Origin: Macrostomum hystrix
Lineage: Eukaryota; Animalia; Platyhelminthes
DNA: 64,000 nt
NCBI GenBank assembly: GCA_950097015.1
Contig: CATNEN010000007.1
Location: forward strand, 1,674,001-1,738,000
Reading direction: 5' to 3'
This document shows positions 36,738 through 48,845 of the stretch, one piece after another. The notes beneath the pieces were generated by a model. The model had not been told where the DNA came from, did no database searches, and worked only from the letters and a program-made list of their open reading frames with translations. Positions within the stretch are counted from its first letter, which is position 1. Each line of letters starts with the position of its first letter. Made by a program: the position numbers and the translations under genes.

Positions 36738-36841
36738 TACTATCCGAGTGTCAGACAGACAAACAATTTTATAAACTTTTAATCTATTGTTAAGGTCGTT
36801 ACGATCAAAAGTAATCAATTCAGCCGCGATCAGTGCCCACT

Positions 36842-37215
36842 ATGGCGAAACTTCGGCTGCCAGAAAACCCTGCAGTGCCGCTATTATTGGGAATTATTCT
36901 GTCTTTAATCACAGCAACTTCCTCCAGTACGTGCAGTTCAGAAGACAGCGACACCTACACGAGCATCAGTGAGCTGAACAAGCTGAAATCATTGCTAAAC
37001 TAATTCGTGGATCATTTTTCTTGATAAGTACGTACGTTATAAAAATTGCAGCTAAACTGATGGAACGAGAGCTACCGCTAGAGATTTTACTTTTTCTTCC
37101 TGGCATGGTATTCAGCGTTGTCGTCCTTTTCTGTCTAATTTACTTGGCCGTCTTCATTCGGGGACCACTGCTTCACGCAGAGTTTGATAGCCAGTTCCCA
37201 ACGCATCTGCGATGA
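36842..37215 (+). CDS. Candidate two-exon 96-aa type I membrane microprotein
   Basis: Exon 36842-36968 (ATG; donor A|GTGAGC) and exon 37052-37215 (acceptor AATTGCAG) join in phase 1. The product has an N-terminal hydrophobic signal-like segment and a second TM segment. Confidence 0.5.
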
Positions 37216-39724
37216 GTCTATATATATGCATGGCTGCTCACGCAATTTAGCTAGCCACTCGAATCAACAGATCCAGTTCGTTAATGTTCAGAGATTGGTT
37301 TGTTAAATCTCTCTTTCGTTGATTTGTTCAACTACTTGTACTTGTGCATGTAATATGTATTAGACTTGGACCACACTTTATACGTGCACGATTGACATGC
37401 ACATAGATAATGCAATGACTTTTACATGCGAATTAACATAATACATATCCTTCAGTGTGTCGATAAAATTCTCGCATGAATGACCAAAAATTAGTTTCTA
37501 ATCTGACTCTGATAGTCAGATGGCCTTGATAACCTTGATGACCTGCAGGTTATCTAGGTTTTTGATCAAGGTTATGACCTGCAGGTTTTTCGGAATGGCT
37601 TTCGCGTTACAGCAATGACCTAATATTGCTAGCTATGTAATAATTTCCTTGTTTTCTGTCCTTTTTTGCGAAATCTACGAGAGATGATCACATAAGATGT
37701 TTAGAGTTTCGGCAACGTAAAAACTTACAGTATGCGTATTCTATAGACAACTTTTTATATATATTTGCACCTTTAGGGTTTTCGAAAAATTAGTTAAATA
37801 CAAAAACACCGGACTTGCAGCGTTTTACGCTCTAACTTGTAATTTCGCGTAATTGTAATTTAAATGTTTTTCGGAATGGCTTTCGCCTTTCGCAATAGCA
37901 AGAGATAGGCTATGTACTATGGGCTAGACAATAAATATCTCTTTTGCTTAAGCCTAAACTTGATATAAAATATTTATTAACATCCAAGAAATATAAACTT
38001 GCTACGTTTTGCTCGATTCAAATTTAGATACTACTTGAAGTATTTTTAAACTTATTACATATCTGAGACAGAATAGCCATAGGAATATCGTTTGTTGCAT
38101 ATAAATACGATAATCTATAATATCTTACAACGAGGACAACTAATATAAAGAAAAAATGTTATATGAGCAAGTATAAGCTTATTACTAAACATGTCAATGT
38201 TTTTGTCCTGCTGTAGGGCATAGGCTTATGTTATAGTTTTATCTATCTCATGTAAACTATCTCATGTAAGGTCTATCTCATGTAAACGAGCAACTAAATA
38301 ATGCTGATTGAACTGAATAGTATACAGCCAGGATATAGCTAAAGTTGTAGTAGTATTTTTGTGACATCATTTTTAGTGATTATGTGCTTTCTAGTGACAG
38401 TTCCAGGCATATTCAGCCAGTCAGGGAGGGACATGCCAACATGGCAAGTATAGGCCTAGGCCTATACTAGGAAATGTTTTGGATGGGGCCCACACATGAT
38501 AGGCAAAATGCTAATTGCATACTTACTTGTGTTTTGAAACATATCTTAGGTACTATTTTTCATTTACAAATAAAATAGTAGGCCAAGCCTAGGCCCTTTA
38601 AAAACTAGGCCTGTTATTTATATTTTTCAACTATTTAAATCAAGAATCGTAAGCATTTCAGTGTATACTTGTTATTGACTTTTAGACAATTTTTTGCTTT
38701 GCTACATTTAATTTTTTTGCAACTTTCTTGCAGGCCAATGCCTTGTGTTGTATGTGTACTTCATTTCTAACTGATAGATTTCAAGTCTTACAATGGATTA
38801 CAAAATTTGGTTGTTATATGGCTAAACACCCACTTCAACAAAATAGTAGGTCCCCCAAGGACCCCTATGTGGACCACATGATGCAACAATCTACACAATT
38901 CACAAACATCATTTAGAGGTCATAGGCAATGTATGGCACTAGTGACACTTTTTAAGACTTATCTGAATGAGTACCTAGGCCTATAGGCTATAGTATTAAG
39001 TCTACCCATAGAACCAGTTTAGCAAATTCCTATATTAGGTTGCCTACCAGTACTGAAAACTACTAACACATTTACAACCATGTTACTGTATTTCTAATCC
39101 TAATTCCTAAGCATTTAGAATAAAAAAATTAAAAAAATAAATTATGTAAAATTGGATATTGCTAACTTTTAAAGTTTAAAATATTTAATTGGATGCTTCA
39201 ATGTTAAGGTCTCAGGCTGCTCTTTGTCATGTGGAATGTGTGGTACAAGGTCAATCATCTACTTTAATTGGCCTATCAGTCACTAGCTCAATAAAGGAGA
39301 GAGCAAACAGGTTCATCAACAGGCTCAGCTGCAATGGCAGCTAACTCAGCATCATGCTTGAGGTCAGGAGCTGAAGACTGACAGATAGCATATAGCTAGG
39401 AAAAGTCTTCTTGGCATATTAGCTGCTGGTACTCTTCATGAATGAAGGCAAACAAAGAAATTGTTTTAAAAAATTTGCTTATCATCGTTTCAGCTGCAAT
39501 AAACCCTAGCTTGTCACATAGAGCTCACAAAAATACTATGTTGCAGCAAAACTCCTCTCTAAAGAGTACTAGGAAGAGTACTTATGCTTCTCAGATACAA
39601 AAATATGTTCATAAAATTTGATCTCTGTGCTCAGGATTGAAAGCTTTTTCTGGCAATGTAAATTGTCAAAACCCACTACCCTATACTATGTAGGGATGCT
39701 ACATAATATTTGCTCCAGGGGCAG

Positions 39725-40005
39725 CATACATGCGCAACACCCGGCCGACCCAGCCGAACCGGCCGGGTGAAACGAGGGCCAAGCAAGGTAAGTCGCAAAA
39801 ACCAATCGTCCAAGCGCCAAAAAATCAAAGGGGGGACCAAGGGACAAAAAAGGAAGGCGTGAAGAAAAGGAAAAAGGGGAGAGAAAAAGAGAGCAAATGA
39901 GAGCAAACTAAGTCGTAAATAGAGCAATGAAACAAACTAAGTCGCAAATGAGAGCAAAAACTAAGTCGCAAGGCCGGCTAAGATTTGGGAGGTTGCGCAT
40001 GTATG
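39725..40005. mobile_element. hAT-type MITE (281 bp)
   Basis: 14-bp TIR CATACATGCGCAAC / GTTGCGCATGTATG, 8-bp TSD AGGGGCAG (39717-39724 and 40006-40013), and subterminal (A)CTAAGTCG repeats. Confidence 0.88.
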
Positions 40006-40836
40006 AGGGGCAGTGTCAGTGAGTTACAGAGTAGTGAGTATAAGTCAAATTCAGCACTTACAGAAATACAGAATTACAGAATCCCAAATTACAGAATCAA
40101 TGCTGCCAACATGAACACAAATCATGGAGTCAGCAAGTCACAATTAGCTCATTGCAAACAATGCACAAATATTGTGGATCATTCATTTGTGCCAGTAACT
40201 CAGGTTGGAATATGAAACAGAAAAGGATACACCATGCAGACTAGATCTGATGTTTATAATATTATATGTATTTTCATAGTCTAATAAAAAGATTCAAATT
40301 CATTCATGCTCCCCAGTAAATAAACAAAAGTTATATTTTCTGCTAAAAAAAGAAATAGTTTGTCTTTCTTACAGTAAATGAATGTCATCACTGTTATTTA
40401 TATTTTTATTAAACTGTTTTTAAGAAATAAAAGATGTATATTTAAAAAATCCTATTTTATAAAAATCAAAAGTCTAATGTTTTGGCTAGTTAAGTGTGAA
40501 AGCACCCTATTTATTTTCTTCAGTTCAACTTCAGCTCTTTAGATTTGAAAAATCAAAATTTGTAGCTATTAATAAACAAATTAAAAGGAAAGTGTTTAAA
40601 CTTAAAATAGGTCCTAATTCTTTAAAAAAATCGTGGGGATCTTTTTTTTTACTTACTACTATTATAAGTAGTGTGTATTGGATTGGAATTCTGATTAGGC
40701 TTACTAATTCCTTCTGTTGTGCAGAAGGAAACAATCTCTCTGTCTTTTCCTTTGTACACGTCCCTTTGTTGACATGCATCTCTCGAATTCGCCAATCTTT
40801 CATTCCCATCGGCCAGGGCAGCGAAGGAATTGATTG

Positions 40837-40838
<2 letters not shown>

Positions 40839-40907
<69 letters not shown>
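40839..40907. repeat. (GT)n microsatellite
   Basis: Pure GT dinucleotide run. Confidence 0.98.
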
Positions 40908-40908
<1 letters not shown>

Positions 40909-41294
40909 TTGATTTTACTAAAGCTATTTTTAGCCCCGCTGTGTTCAATGCACAGTAGATGCATGCCGCTCAGAAAGCAGTGAACTGAATCGAGGCCATG
41001 GGGGTTGGGCTGGATTAAGGGAAGAGGAAGAGGAAGGCAGCTGATTGGAAGGGAATAGGGAAGCTAGTGCTGTCTCTGTCACCCACCCCAGCATGTCCTA
41101 AGCGCCCTCAGTGCGCTGCCTATATATCAAGCGAGCAGGATGCATCTCTTAGACAGGGAGTTACACAGGACAAAATCTCCAGTAAATTTGCATCCCCGGT
41201 TTAGTTGGGATTTGAAAAAAAAGAATTTGGGGAGACAATCCAGGACTCTTCCTTCCAATAAAAAAACTAAATATTGGCCAATTCTGACTACAAA

Positions 41295-44200
41295 ATGCCC
41301 GGCCTCGTGCTGTTTCGTCGTCGTTGGGCCATTGGCAGCGACGATATGGTGGTGCCCGGAGCACTGCTGCTCTTCTACCACCTCGTGCTGTGAGTTGCTC
41401 AGCCTAGTTCGAGCTTCCTGTTATTAGTCTTGTGCTCCCCTGCTTTGAAACATTTAGCTCATATACACAGAAAAGCAGTTGCACCTAGCCAGATTTTCCT
41501 TGCATCCGCGTTGGTCCCCTCGCGCACTTACTTGCTTTATTAACTATTCATAGACCGTTATCTGCGCGTCATATTTACTTGCATAAGAAACTGGCTTTTC
41601 ACACCTTAAGTTCAGTTTTGACCGATGAGGCTATCTGCTTCTCAGGACTCTTATCTACTGAGTTTTTACAGGCCAGAATTCTGCTTGGGGGATTTTAGAC
41701 CCTAAAGCCCACAACCTAGGATTTAGGTTGCAATGTCAGACCATTCAGCCTTCGAATTCAGAGTCAGGATCTTGGTTGAGATGTTAATAATATTAATAAA
41801 TGCAGAAGTGCTGTGGGCAATGGCACATCATTTAGTGACACTAGACCGGCAGCCAGAGAGAAGGCAATTCTGCCCATTTCGCTGACTCCTGAACACACAC
41901 GCACGCAGGTGTGCACACCTGCCCTGACTTTCTCATCGTCAGGCAGTGTACAGTCTCACTGTGCCTTGGAGGTTGGCCCTCAAGGGCGTAAATTGCCACA
42001 AATAAATGTGGCATCGCCGTGGAATCAATCTCAGGCAAATTGGTGCCCATAGGCAAACGAGTTAACCGCTCTGCCACCGACCCCCGGGTTGGGGTGTTAG
42101 ATCTCATGTAGTGTCCAAGACAGAATTTTTTAGTTTATACCTAAACAGTGTCTGAGACGAGTTTGTATTTAATGATTAGATAACATCAGCTGGCTAAACA
42201 CCGAATTCGAATTATTATAACTTGAGGTCAAAATATAGATTCCAAATATATTATCAAACCTTGGTGTCACTACAATAGGTTTGTGCTGATCAATCAATCA
42301 ATTGATCAATTCTAGTGTTTATCAGAGCCAACATTAAGCTGAACTGAATAAAACATTTCAGCGCATGCCTATTCATAGCCATCTCCGTGGTGGCTCGACA
42401 CTCCGCATGGCAGTCCGCTTCAGACAATGCGACTGTCATTGTTTTACCAACTGGTGTCAACAATCGCAGCTTGACTATGGATGGGTGCCGATTCTCTATG
42501 CAGGTGTACTCACTGATTTACCTGGCCATAATCTGCCTGTGCCTAATAGTGGAAGCGCTGATTGTTCGCTACAGCCTGCTGGGGTCTGTACTGTATATGG
42601 CCGATGCTAGGCAACCAATTGTCAACTTGCTCTACTGTCGTTTGGGTGAGAAAAATTAATGTAAAATCCGGTGAAGTAGCAGTCACAGAAATCTTTTTGC
42701 TTTAGGCTGCGGGTACAGGCGCATCATTTGGTGACAATAGCCTGCAGCCAGCGAGGAGGCAATCCCATCCCGTTAACTCCCGAGTACACAGGCACACACT
42801 CACACAGGTGTGTACATCTGCCCTGACTTTCTCATCGTCAGACAGTGTACACTCTCACTGTGATTTTAAGGGCGTAAATTGATCAATAGGCACCAAAGTC
42901 TCTCAGCGGCAGCACCCAAATTAATTATGGCCTCGCTGCGGAATCGAACTCAGGGACCTCAGATGCGAGAGGCAAATGCGTTTAAAACAGAAAGTGCAAG
43001 TTAGATGCTTTATTACTTTAAATCAGGAAAGTTTATGTTAAACTGGAAACGAAGTATTGCTTTTTATATTGATCTGTTCCTTTGTTCAGTTCTCTTGCTA
43101 CTGGAGTTAACCTGGCTTGGCTGTGGAATAGCTCAACTATGCAAGCTAAATCAAAGCTCACCGGAATGCTCCAATAGTTTGTGGCCTGTGCGAGCTGTGA
43201 CAGGTGAGTTTCTGCATCATTGATTCGCATTATAAAAATATTCTGCTTTACTTAAAATTTCCTCTGTCGAGATTCAACCTTAGCAAGAGTCTTTGAAATA
43301 TTGAGCACAGCAAATTGCAATACATAGCTTGCCCTCGGATTTAAAGAGAGCTTTTTCTCAAAAAATGTTCTGTTGCTAGGTATACCTTCAATAAATGTAA
43401 ATCAATTTCGAAATGGAATTTTCTGCCAATCATTTTTTTAATTATATATTTCAAATCACATTGCCGACGAGCACAGAGCACTGAGTACAGAAAATTGCGA
43501 CGGCGGGCGTCAGACAGAGACGGGTATGACAGAGGGGTGTGACTGAAGGGTGTGACAAGAAGGGTGTGACAAAGAAGGGTGTGATACAGAGAAGGGTGTG
43601 ACAGAGAGGGGTGTGATACAGAGAAGGATGAGATACAGAGAAGGGTGTGAAAGAGAAGGGTGTGACAGAGAGGGGTGTGATACAGAGAAGGGTGTGATAC
43701 AGAGAAGGGTGTGATACAGAGAAGGGTGTGATACAGAGAAGGGTGTGATACAGAGAAGGGTGTGATACAGAGAAGGGTGTGATACAGAGAAGGGTGTGAC
43801 AGAGAAGGGTGTGACAGAGAAGGGTGTGATACAGAGAAGGGTGTGACAGAGAAGGGTGTGATACAGAGAAGGGTGTGATACAGAGAAGGGTGTGATACAG
43901 AGAAGGGTGTGACAGAGAGGGGTGTGACAGAGAGGGGTGTGATACAGAGAAGGGTGTGACAGAGAGGGGTGTGATACAGAGAAGGGTGTGACAGAGAGGG
44001 GTGTGATACAGATAAGGGTGTGATACAGAGAAGGGTGTGACAGAGAAGGGTGTGACAGAGAAGGGTGTGATACAGAGAAGGGTGTGACAGAGAGGGGTGT
44101 GATACAGAGAAGGGTGTGATACAGAGAAGGGTGTGATACAGAGAAGGGTGTGACAGAGAGGGGTGTGATACAGAGAAGGGTGTGACAGAGAGGGGTGTGA

Positions 44201-47200
44201 TACAGATAAGGGTGTGATACAGAGAAGGGTGTGACAGAGAAGGGTGTGACAGAGAAGGGTGTGATACAGAGAAGGGTGTGACAGAGAGGGGTGTGATACA
44301 GAGAAGGGTGTGATACAGAGAAGGGTGTGATACAGAGAAGGGTGTGACAGAGAGGGGTGTGATACAGAGAAGGGTGTGACAGAGAAGGGTGTGATACAAA
44401 GGGGTGTGATACAGAGAAGGGTGTGATACAGAGAAGGTTGTGACAGAGCGGTGTGAGAAAAGGGTGTGAAGAGAAGGGTGCAATATAGAGAGGGTGAGAT
44501 GAAGAGGGTGTGACGGGCAAGGTGATTAAGTTTTGAAGATTGCTTAGATAATTAGCTGGTTTTATATTAGATTTTAGCTGTAAATGAAATTATACTGCAA
44601 GGCTATTTTGAGAAGACTTATGGAACTGAAGAGAGCAGTTAATCGGTAATGAAAAGCAATTTAGCAGACAAAAGTGAGACATTTTTTTCATTTATCTCGC
44701 TATAGCTGCCTATAAATTTTTCAAAGTTACAGCATGAGTTTCTAATACTATAGCTGATGCAGAATCCGAACTTGCAACTTCCATGCCCCCTCACTCAGTA
44801 ATAGTCAGTATAAACTGTTCGGCCATGCTTCTAATGCTGCTGTCGGTTTGGTGCGCCTTCGATCAGTCTGGTCGTGTTTGGCTTAGACTGCGGCCAGCGA
44901 AGCCTGCTGCTGCTGCTGCTGCAACTGCGAATTCGTTGCATATCGTCGATTCAACAGATCACACTGCTGTTGCTATGCGCCGGATATCATCTTTTGCTAG
45001 GCGCAACAGTTGGAAACAGAGGTGAGAATTTTTTCGACCGTTTAATAAACGATTGGCCTCGGGCTAAGACTCCACCCAGAGCTTCGTGACCAACAGTTCG
45101 GGAGTTAGAATCTTGGCCCAATGGAAAACTATTGTTATTCTTGCTAAAAGTACGAGTATTAATTGGCTCACTGCAGAGATGCCCTGGTGCAGTATGAGCA
45201 CATCTGGGACCAGCGCTTTCGCCGCCTATTCTGCTGTCTCAACGGAGACGATAGGAATGCTCAGGCCACGTTTCGCGACATTGCCAGGCTATTCTCGGAG
45301 TTCTTCCGCGATCTAGACGTGGTGCCGTCGGATGTGCTGGCCGGCCTAGTCCTGCTTAGGCGGTATCAGAAGGAGAGGGCCCGCATGGCGCTCAAGGTTA
45401 GTGAGCCGCTGTCGCACTTTTGTGAGTTGATTTTGAGCACTTTGCCTGCATCTCACCCTGTATCTTCCTGCATCTCACTCGGTATCTCCCTACATCTCAC
45501 CCAATATCTCCCTACATCTCACCTGGTATCACCCTGCATCTCACCCTGTATATCCCTGCATCTCACTAGGTATCTCCCTACATCTCACCCAATATCTCCC
45601 TGCATCTCACTCAGTATCTCCCTGCATCTCACTAGGTATCTCCCTACATCTCACCCTGTATCTCCCTGCATCTCACTAGGTATCTCCCTATATCTCACCC
45701 AATATCTCCCTGCATCTCACTCAGTATCTCCCTGCATCTCACCTGGTATCACCCTGCATCTCACCCTGTATCTCCCTGCATCTCACTAGGTATCTCCCTA
45801 CATCTCACCCAATATCTCCCTGCATCTCACTCAGTATCTCCCTGCATCTCATCTGGTATCACCCTGCATCTCACCCTGTATCTCCCTGCATCTCACTAGG
45901 TATCTCCCTACATCTCACCCAATATCTCCCTGCATCTCACTCAGTATCTCCCTACATCTCACCCAATATCTCCCTGAATCTCACCCGGTATCTCCTGCAT
46001 CTCACTAGGTATCTCCCTGCATCTCACCCGGTGTCGCCCTGCATCTCACTCTGTATCTCCCCGCATCTCACCCGGTGTCGCCCTGCATCTCACCCGGTGT
46101 CACCCTGCATCTCACTCAATATCTCCCTGCATCTCACCCGGTATCTCCCTGTATCTAACCCTAGTATCTCCCACCACTGCAGTGTTTGCCAATCACATTT
46201 TCCAGAGCAGATCAGCCGACATTCAGGCCTTCATGTCCGGCCGTCCGGTGCTGCCCAGCACGCGATTTCTTTACGCTGACAGCCAGGCAGCTGCCGATCT
46301 GCTTCCGGAGCTCGTGTTTGGAATGAAGCTGGCTCTGGCAGCTTACGGTTGCCCAATGCTGGCCTACACAACTAACTGCTGCTGCCTGCTCTGCCACCTC
46401 AGGTCCTGCGCCAAAGGAGGCAGGTGAGTGCAGATTTCTTCAATGTGATGAGGAGTTCGGTGACTCACGCCCAGAGTTCCACTCCCAGCATTCCACTATT
46501 CTGTGAGTCACTCCCACCATTCCACTATTCTGTGAGTCACTCCCACCATTCCACTATTCTGTGAGTCACTCCCAGCATTCCACTATTCTGTGAGTCACTC
46601 CCACCATTCCACTATTCTGTGAGTCACTCCCAGCATTCCACTATTCTGTGAGTCACTCCCACCATTCCACTATTCTGTGAGTCACTCCCACCATTCCACT
46701 ATTCTGTGAGTCACTCCCACCATTCCACTATTCTGTGAGTCACTCCCAGCATTCCACTATTCTGTGAGTCACTCCCACCATTCCACTATTCTGTGAGTCA
46801 CTCCCAGCATTCCACTATTCTGTGAGTCACTCCCACCATTCCACTATTCTGTGAGTCACTCCCACCATTCCACTATTCTGTGAGTCACTCCCAGCATTCC
46901 ACTATTCTGTGAGTCACTCCCACCATTCCACTATTCTGTGAGTCACTCCCAGCATTCCACTATTCTGTGAGTCACTCCCACCATTCCACTATTCTGTGAG
47001 TCACTCCCAGCATTCCACTATTCTGTGAGTCACTCCTTTATGGTTTTTGTATGAATCCTAAAAGACAAGCTATCTTATTTCAGTCCAATCATCGGCGGCC
47101 GGTGCTGTTGCTCCACCTTCTGTCGTGGCGACCGTGGCGCCACCGCCCGGGCCAGTGTGGAAGCCCTGCTTCGACGCAGCGGCATCGGACCGGACGATTT

Positions 47201-48212
47201 TCAGCTGCTCCACGTCAGCCAGGAGCTGCTCGAAGCCGCTGACTGCAACCCGTTCTACATCGGTCTAGATAAGCGACGCGGGCGTCTCGTGTTGGCCATT
47301 CGGGGCACCCTGTCCCTGCAGGACGTCCTCACTGACCTGCGCGCCGATGCGGAACAGATCTGGCCGGAAGCGGAATCAGATGCCAATCTCAGCGCGAGGT
47401 GCCGCGATTCTTCTACTAAAGGATCGAAAGCTGTGAATTTTGCGTTGGAGAGTGTTTCTGTACACCCCCGACCAGGATCAGCGCATTCGAAAGCGAAGCC
47501 GGCTAGCGGCGCCTGTTCCGGTCACAGCGGCATTGTTCGCGCAGCTGAACGAGTCCATCAGCTGCTGCTCAGTTCCGGTTGGCTGGCTGAATCCCTGCCA
47601 CTGCTCATCACCGGCCATAGTCTGGGCGCCGGCATTGCCGTTGTTCTCGGCCTGAGGCTGCGTTCCTCGCACGTCACAGACGCTCCCAACGTGCTGGCAT
47701 TCAGTCCGCCAGGCGGTCTTCTGTGCTCCGCAGGTGCCGAGGCCGCTAGTGGTTTCGTCACCTCCGTTGTGATTGGCAAGGACGCAGTCTGCCGCTTAGG
47801 ACTGGCTCAGTTAGAAGGCATGCGGGCGGCCATGACGTCATTGTTGAACAGAGCCAGGAAGCCAAAGTGGCGCATCATCTGCTGCAATGGTGACGGCGGC
47901 CAGCCAATCGAAGAGGAAGAAATGACTGACAGCTTTCTCAGGCAGGATTGGCACGCCGCCGCGGGCGCGGGCAATGACCGGCCGCCCCTCTACCTGCCGG
48001 GCAAGATTCTCCACCTGGTTCGATCGGCGCGGCCTAGCAAGGCTGCTCCAGTCCTCTGGCAGGCTGTCTGGGCTGATCGGGCCGATTTCGACGAACTTCT
48101 GGTGTCGCCGTCGATGCTGCGAGATCACCTTCCCGACTGCGTGTTGGAAGCTCTGGAACAGATGGCCGAACAGGTGCGGGCCGGTGACAGACTAGTGCAG
48201 ATTGATGTTTGA
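41295..48212 (+). CDS. DAGLA: sn1-specific diacylglycerol lipase alpha-like
   Basis: Exons 41295-41389, 42362-42645, 43090-43203, 44799-45021, 45177-45396, 46206-46423 and 47084-48212 give 760 aa with all phases consistent. Motifs MPGLVLFRRRWAIGSDD, four TM segments, FFRDLDVVPSDVLAGLVLL, AIRGTLSLQDVLTDL, GHSLGAG, IGKD, DHLPD. Confidence 0.93.
41790..42092 (-). mobile_element. SINE family 2 copy
   Basis: The minus strand begins GGTGGCAGAGCGGTTAA (A-box), has a degenerate B-box, the shared hairpin body and an AT-rich tail. Confidence 0.8.
42706..42990 (-). mobile_element. SINE family 2 copy
   Basis: B-box GAGTTCGATTCC on the minus strand; same body as the 41.8-kb copy. Confidence 0.8.
43525..44515. 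repeat. 15/17-bp minisatellite (GGGTGTGA(TA)CAGAGAA) in DAGLA intron 3
   Basis: Tandem units of two interleaved lengths. Confidence 0.96.
45445..46165. repeat. About 21-bp pyrimidine-rich minisatellite (TATCTCCCTGCATCTCAC...) in DAGLA intron 5
   Basis: Tandem periodicity. Confidence 0.93.
46478..47037. repeat. 29-bp minisatellite (CTGTGAGTCACTCCCAnCATTCCACTATT) in DAGLA intron 6
   Basis: 19 near-identical copies. Confidence 0.97.
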
Positions 48213-48299
48213 GAAAACCGGATACTGCTGAGTATAGAACTTCATCAGCACTAATGATTAAAATTGTACTCGTACGCGTTGTTTTAGACTCTTGAAGGT

Positions 48300-48845
48300 T
48301 TGGAGGTTTTGGATGGGATTTAGAGAGGTTTTGGATGGGATTTAGAGAGGTTTTGGATGGGATTTAGAGAGGTTTTGGATGGGATTTAAAGAGGTTTTGG
48401 ATGGGATTTAGAGAGGTTTTGGATGGGATTTAGGGAGGTTTTAGATTTTGATGGTATTTAAATAGGTTTTAGATGGGATTTAGAGATGTTTTAGATGGGA
48501 TTTAAATAGGTTTTAGATGGGATTTAAATAGGTTTTAGATGGGATTTAGAGAGGTTATGAATGGGATTTAGAGAGGTTTTGGATGGGATTTAGGGAGGTT
48601 TTAGATAGGATTTAGAGAGTTTATGGATGGGATTTAAAGAGGTTTTGGATGGGATTTAAAGAGGTTTTGGATGGGATTTAAATAGGTTTTAGATGGGATT
48701 TAGCGAGGTTTTAGATGGGATTTAGGGAGGTTTTAGATGGGATTTAGGTAGGTTTTAGATGGGATTTAGGGAGGTTTTAGATGGGATTTAGGGAGGTTTT
48801 AGATGGGATTTAGAGATGTTTTGGATGGCATTTAGCGAGGTTATA
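48300..48845. repeat. 22-bp minisatellite (TTTTGGATGGGATTTAGAGAGG)
   Basis: Tandem periodicity downstream of the DAGLA stop. Confidence 0.95.

Noticed and set aside
38700-39480. Patches that look like decayed coding sequence (also 17600-18300 and 19960-20900)
   Set aside because: Multiple stops and no recognisable motif; cannot be assigned without a translated search.
41925-41945. CTGACGA-TGA-GAAA in the SINE hairpin resembles a hammerhead ribozyme core (CUGANGA...GAAA)
   Set aside because: There is no stem II between CUGACGA and GAAA, no correctly placed NUH with stems I and III, and the bases are better explained by a simple hairpin.
43341-44520. 380-aa and 336-aa ORFs (SHPSLYHTLLCITP)
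   Set aside because: Antisense translation of the intronic minisatellite in DAGLA.
48300-48845. TTAGGG motifs suggesting interstitial telomere
   Set aside because: Only occasional variants inside a 22-bp unit; no tandem TTAGGG.
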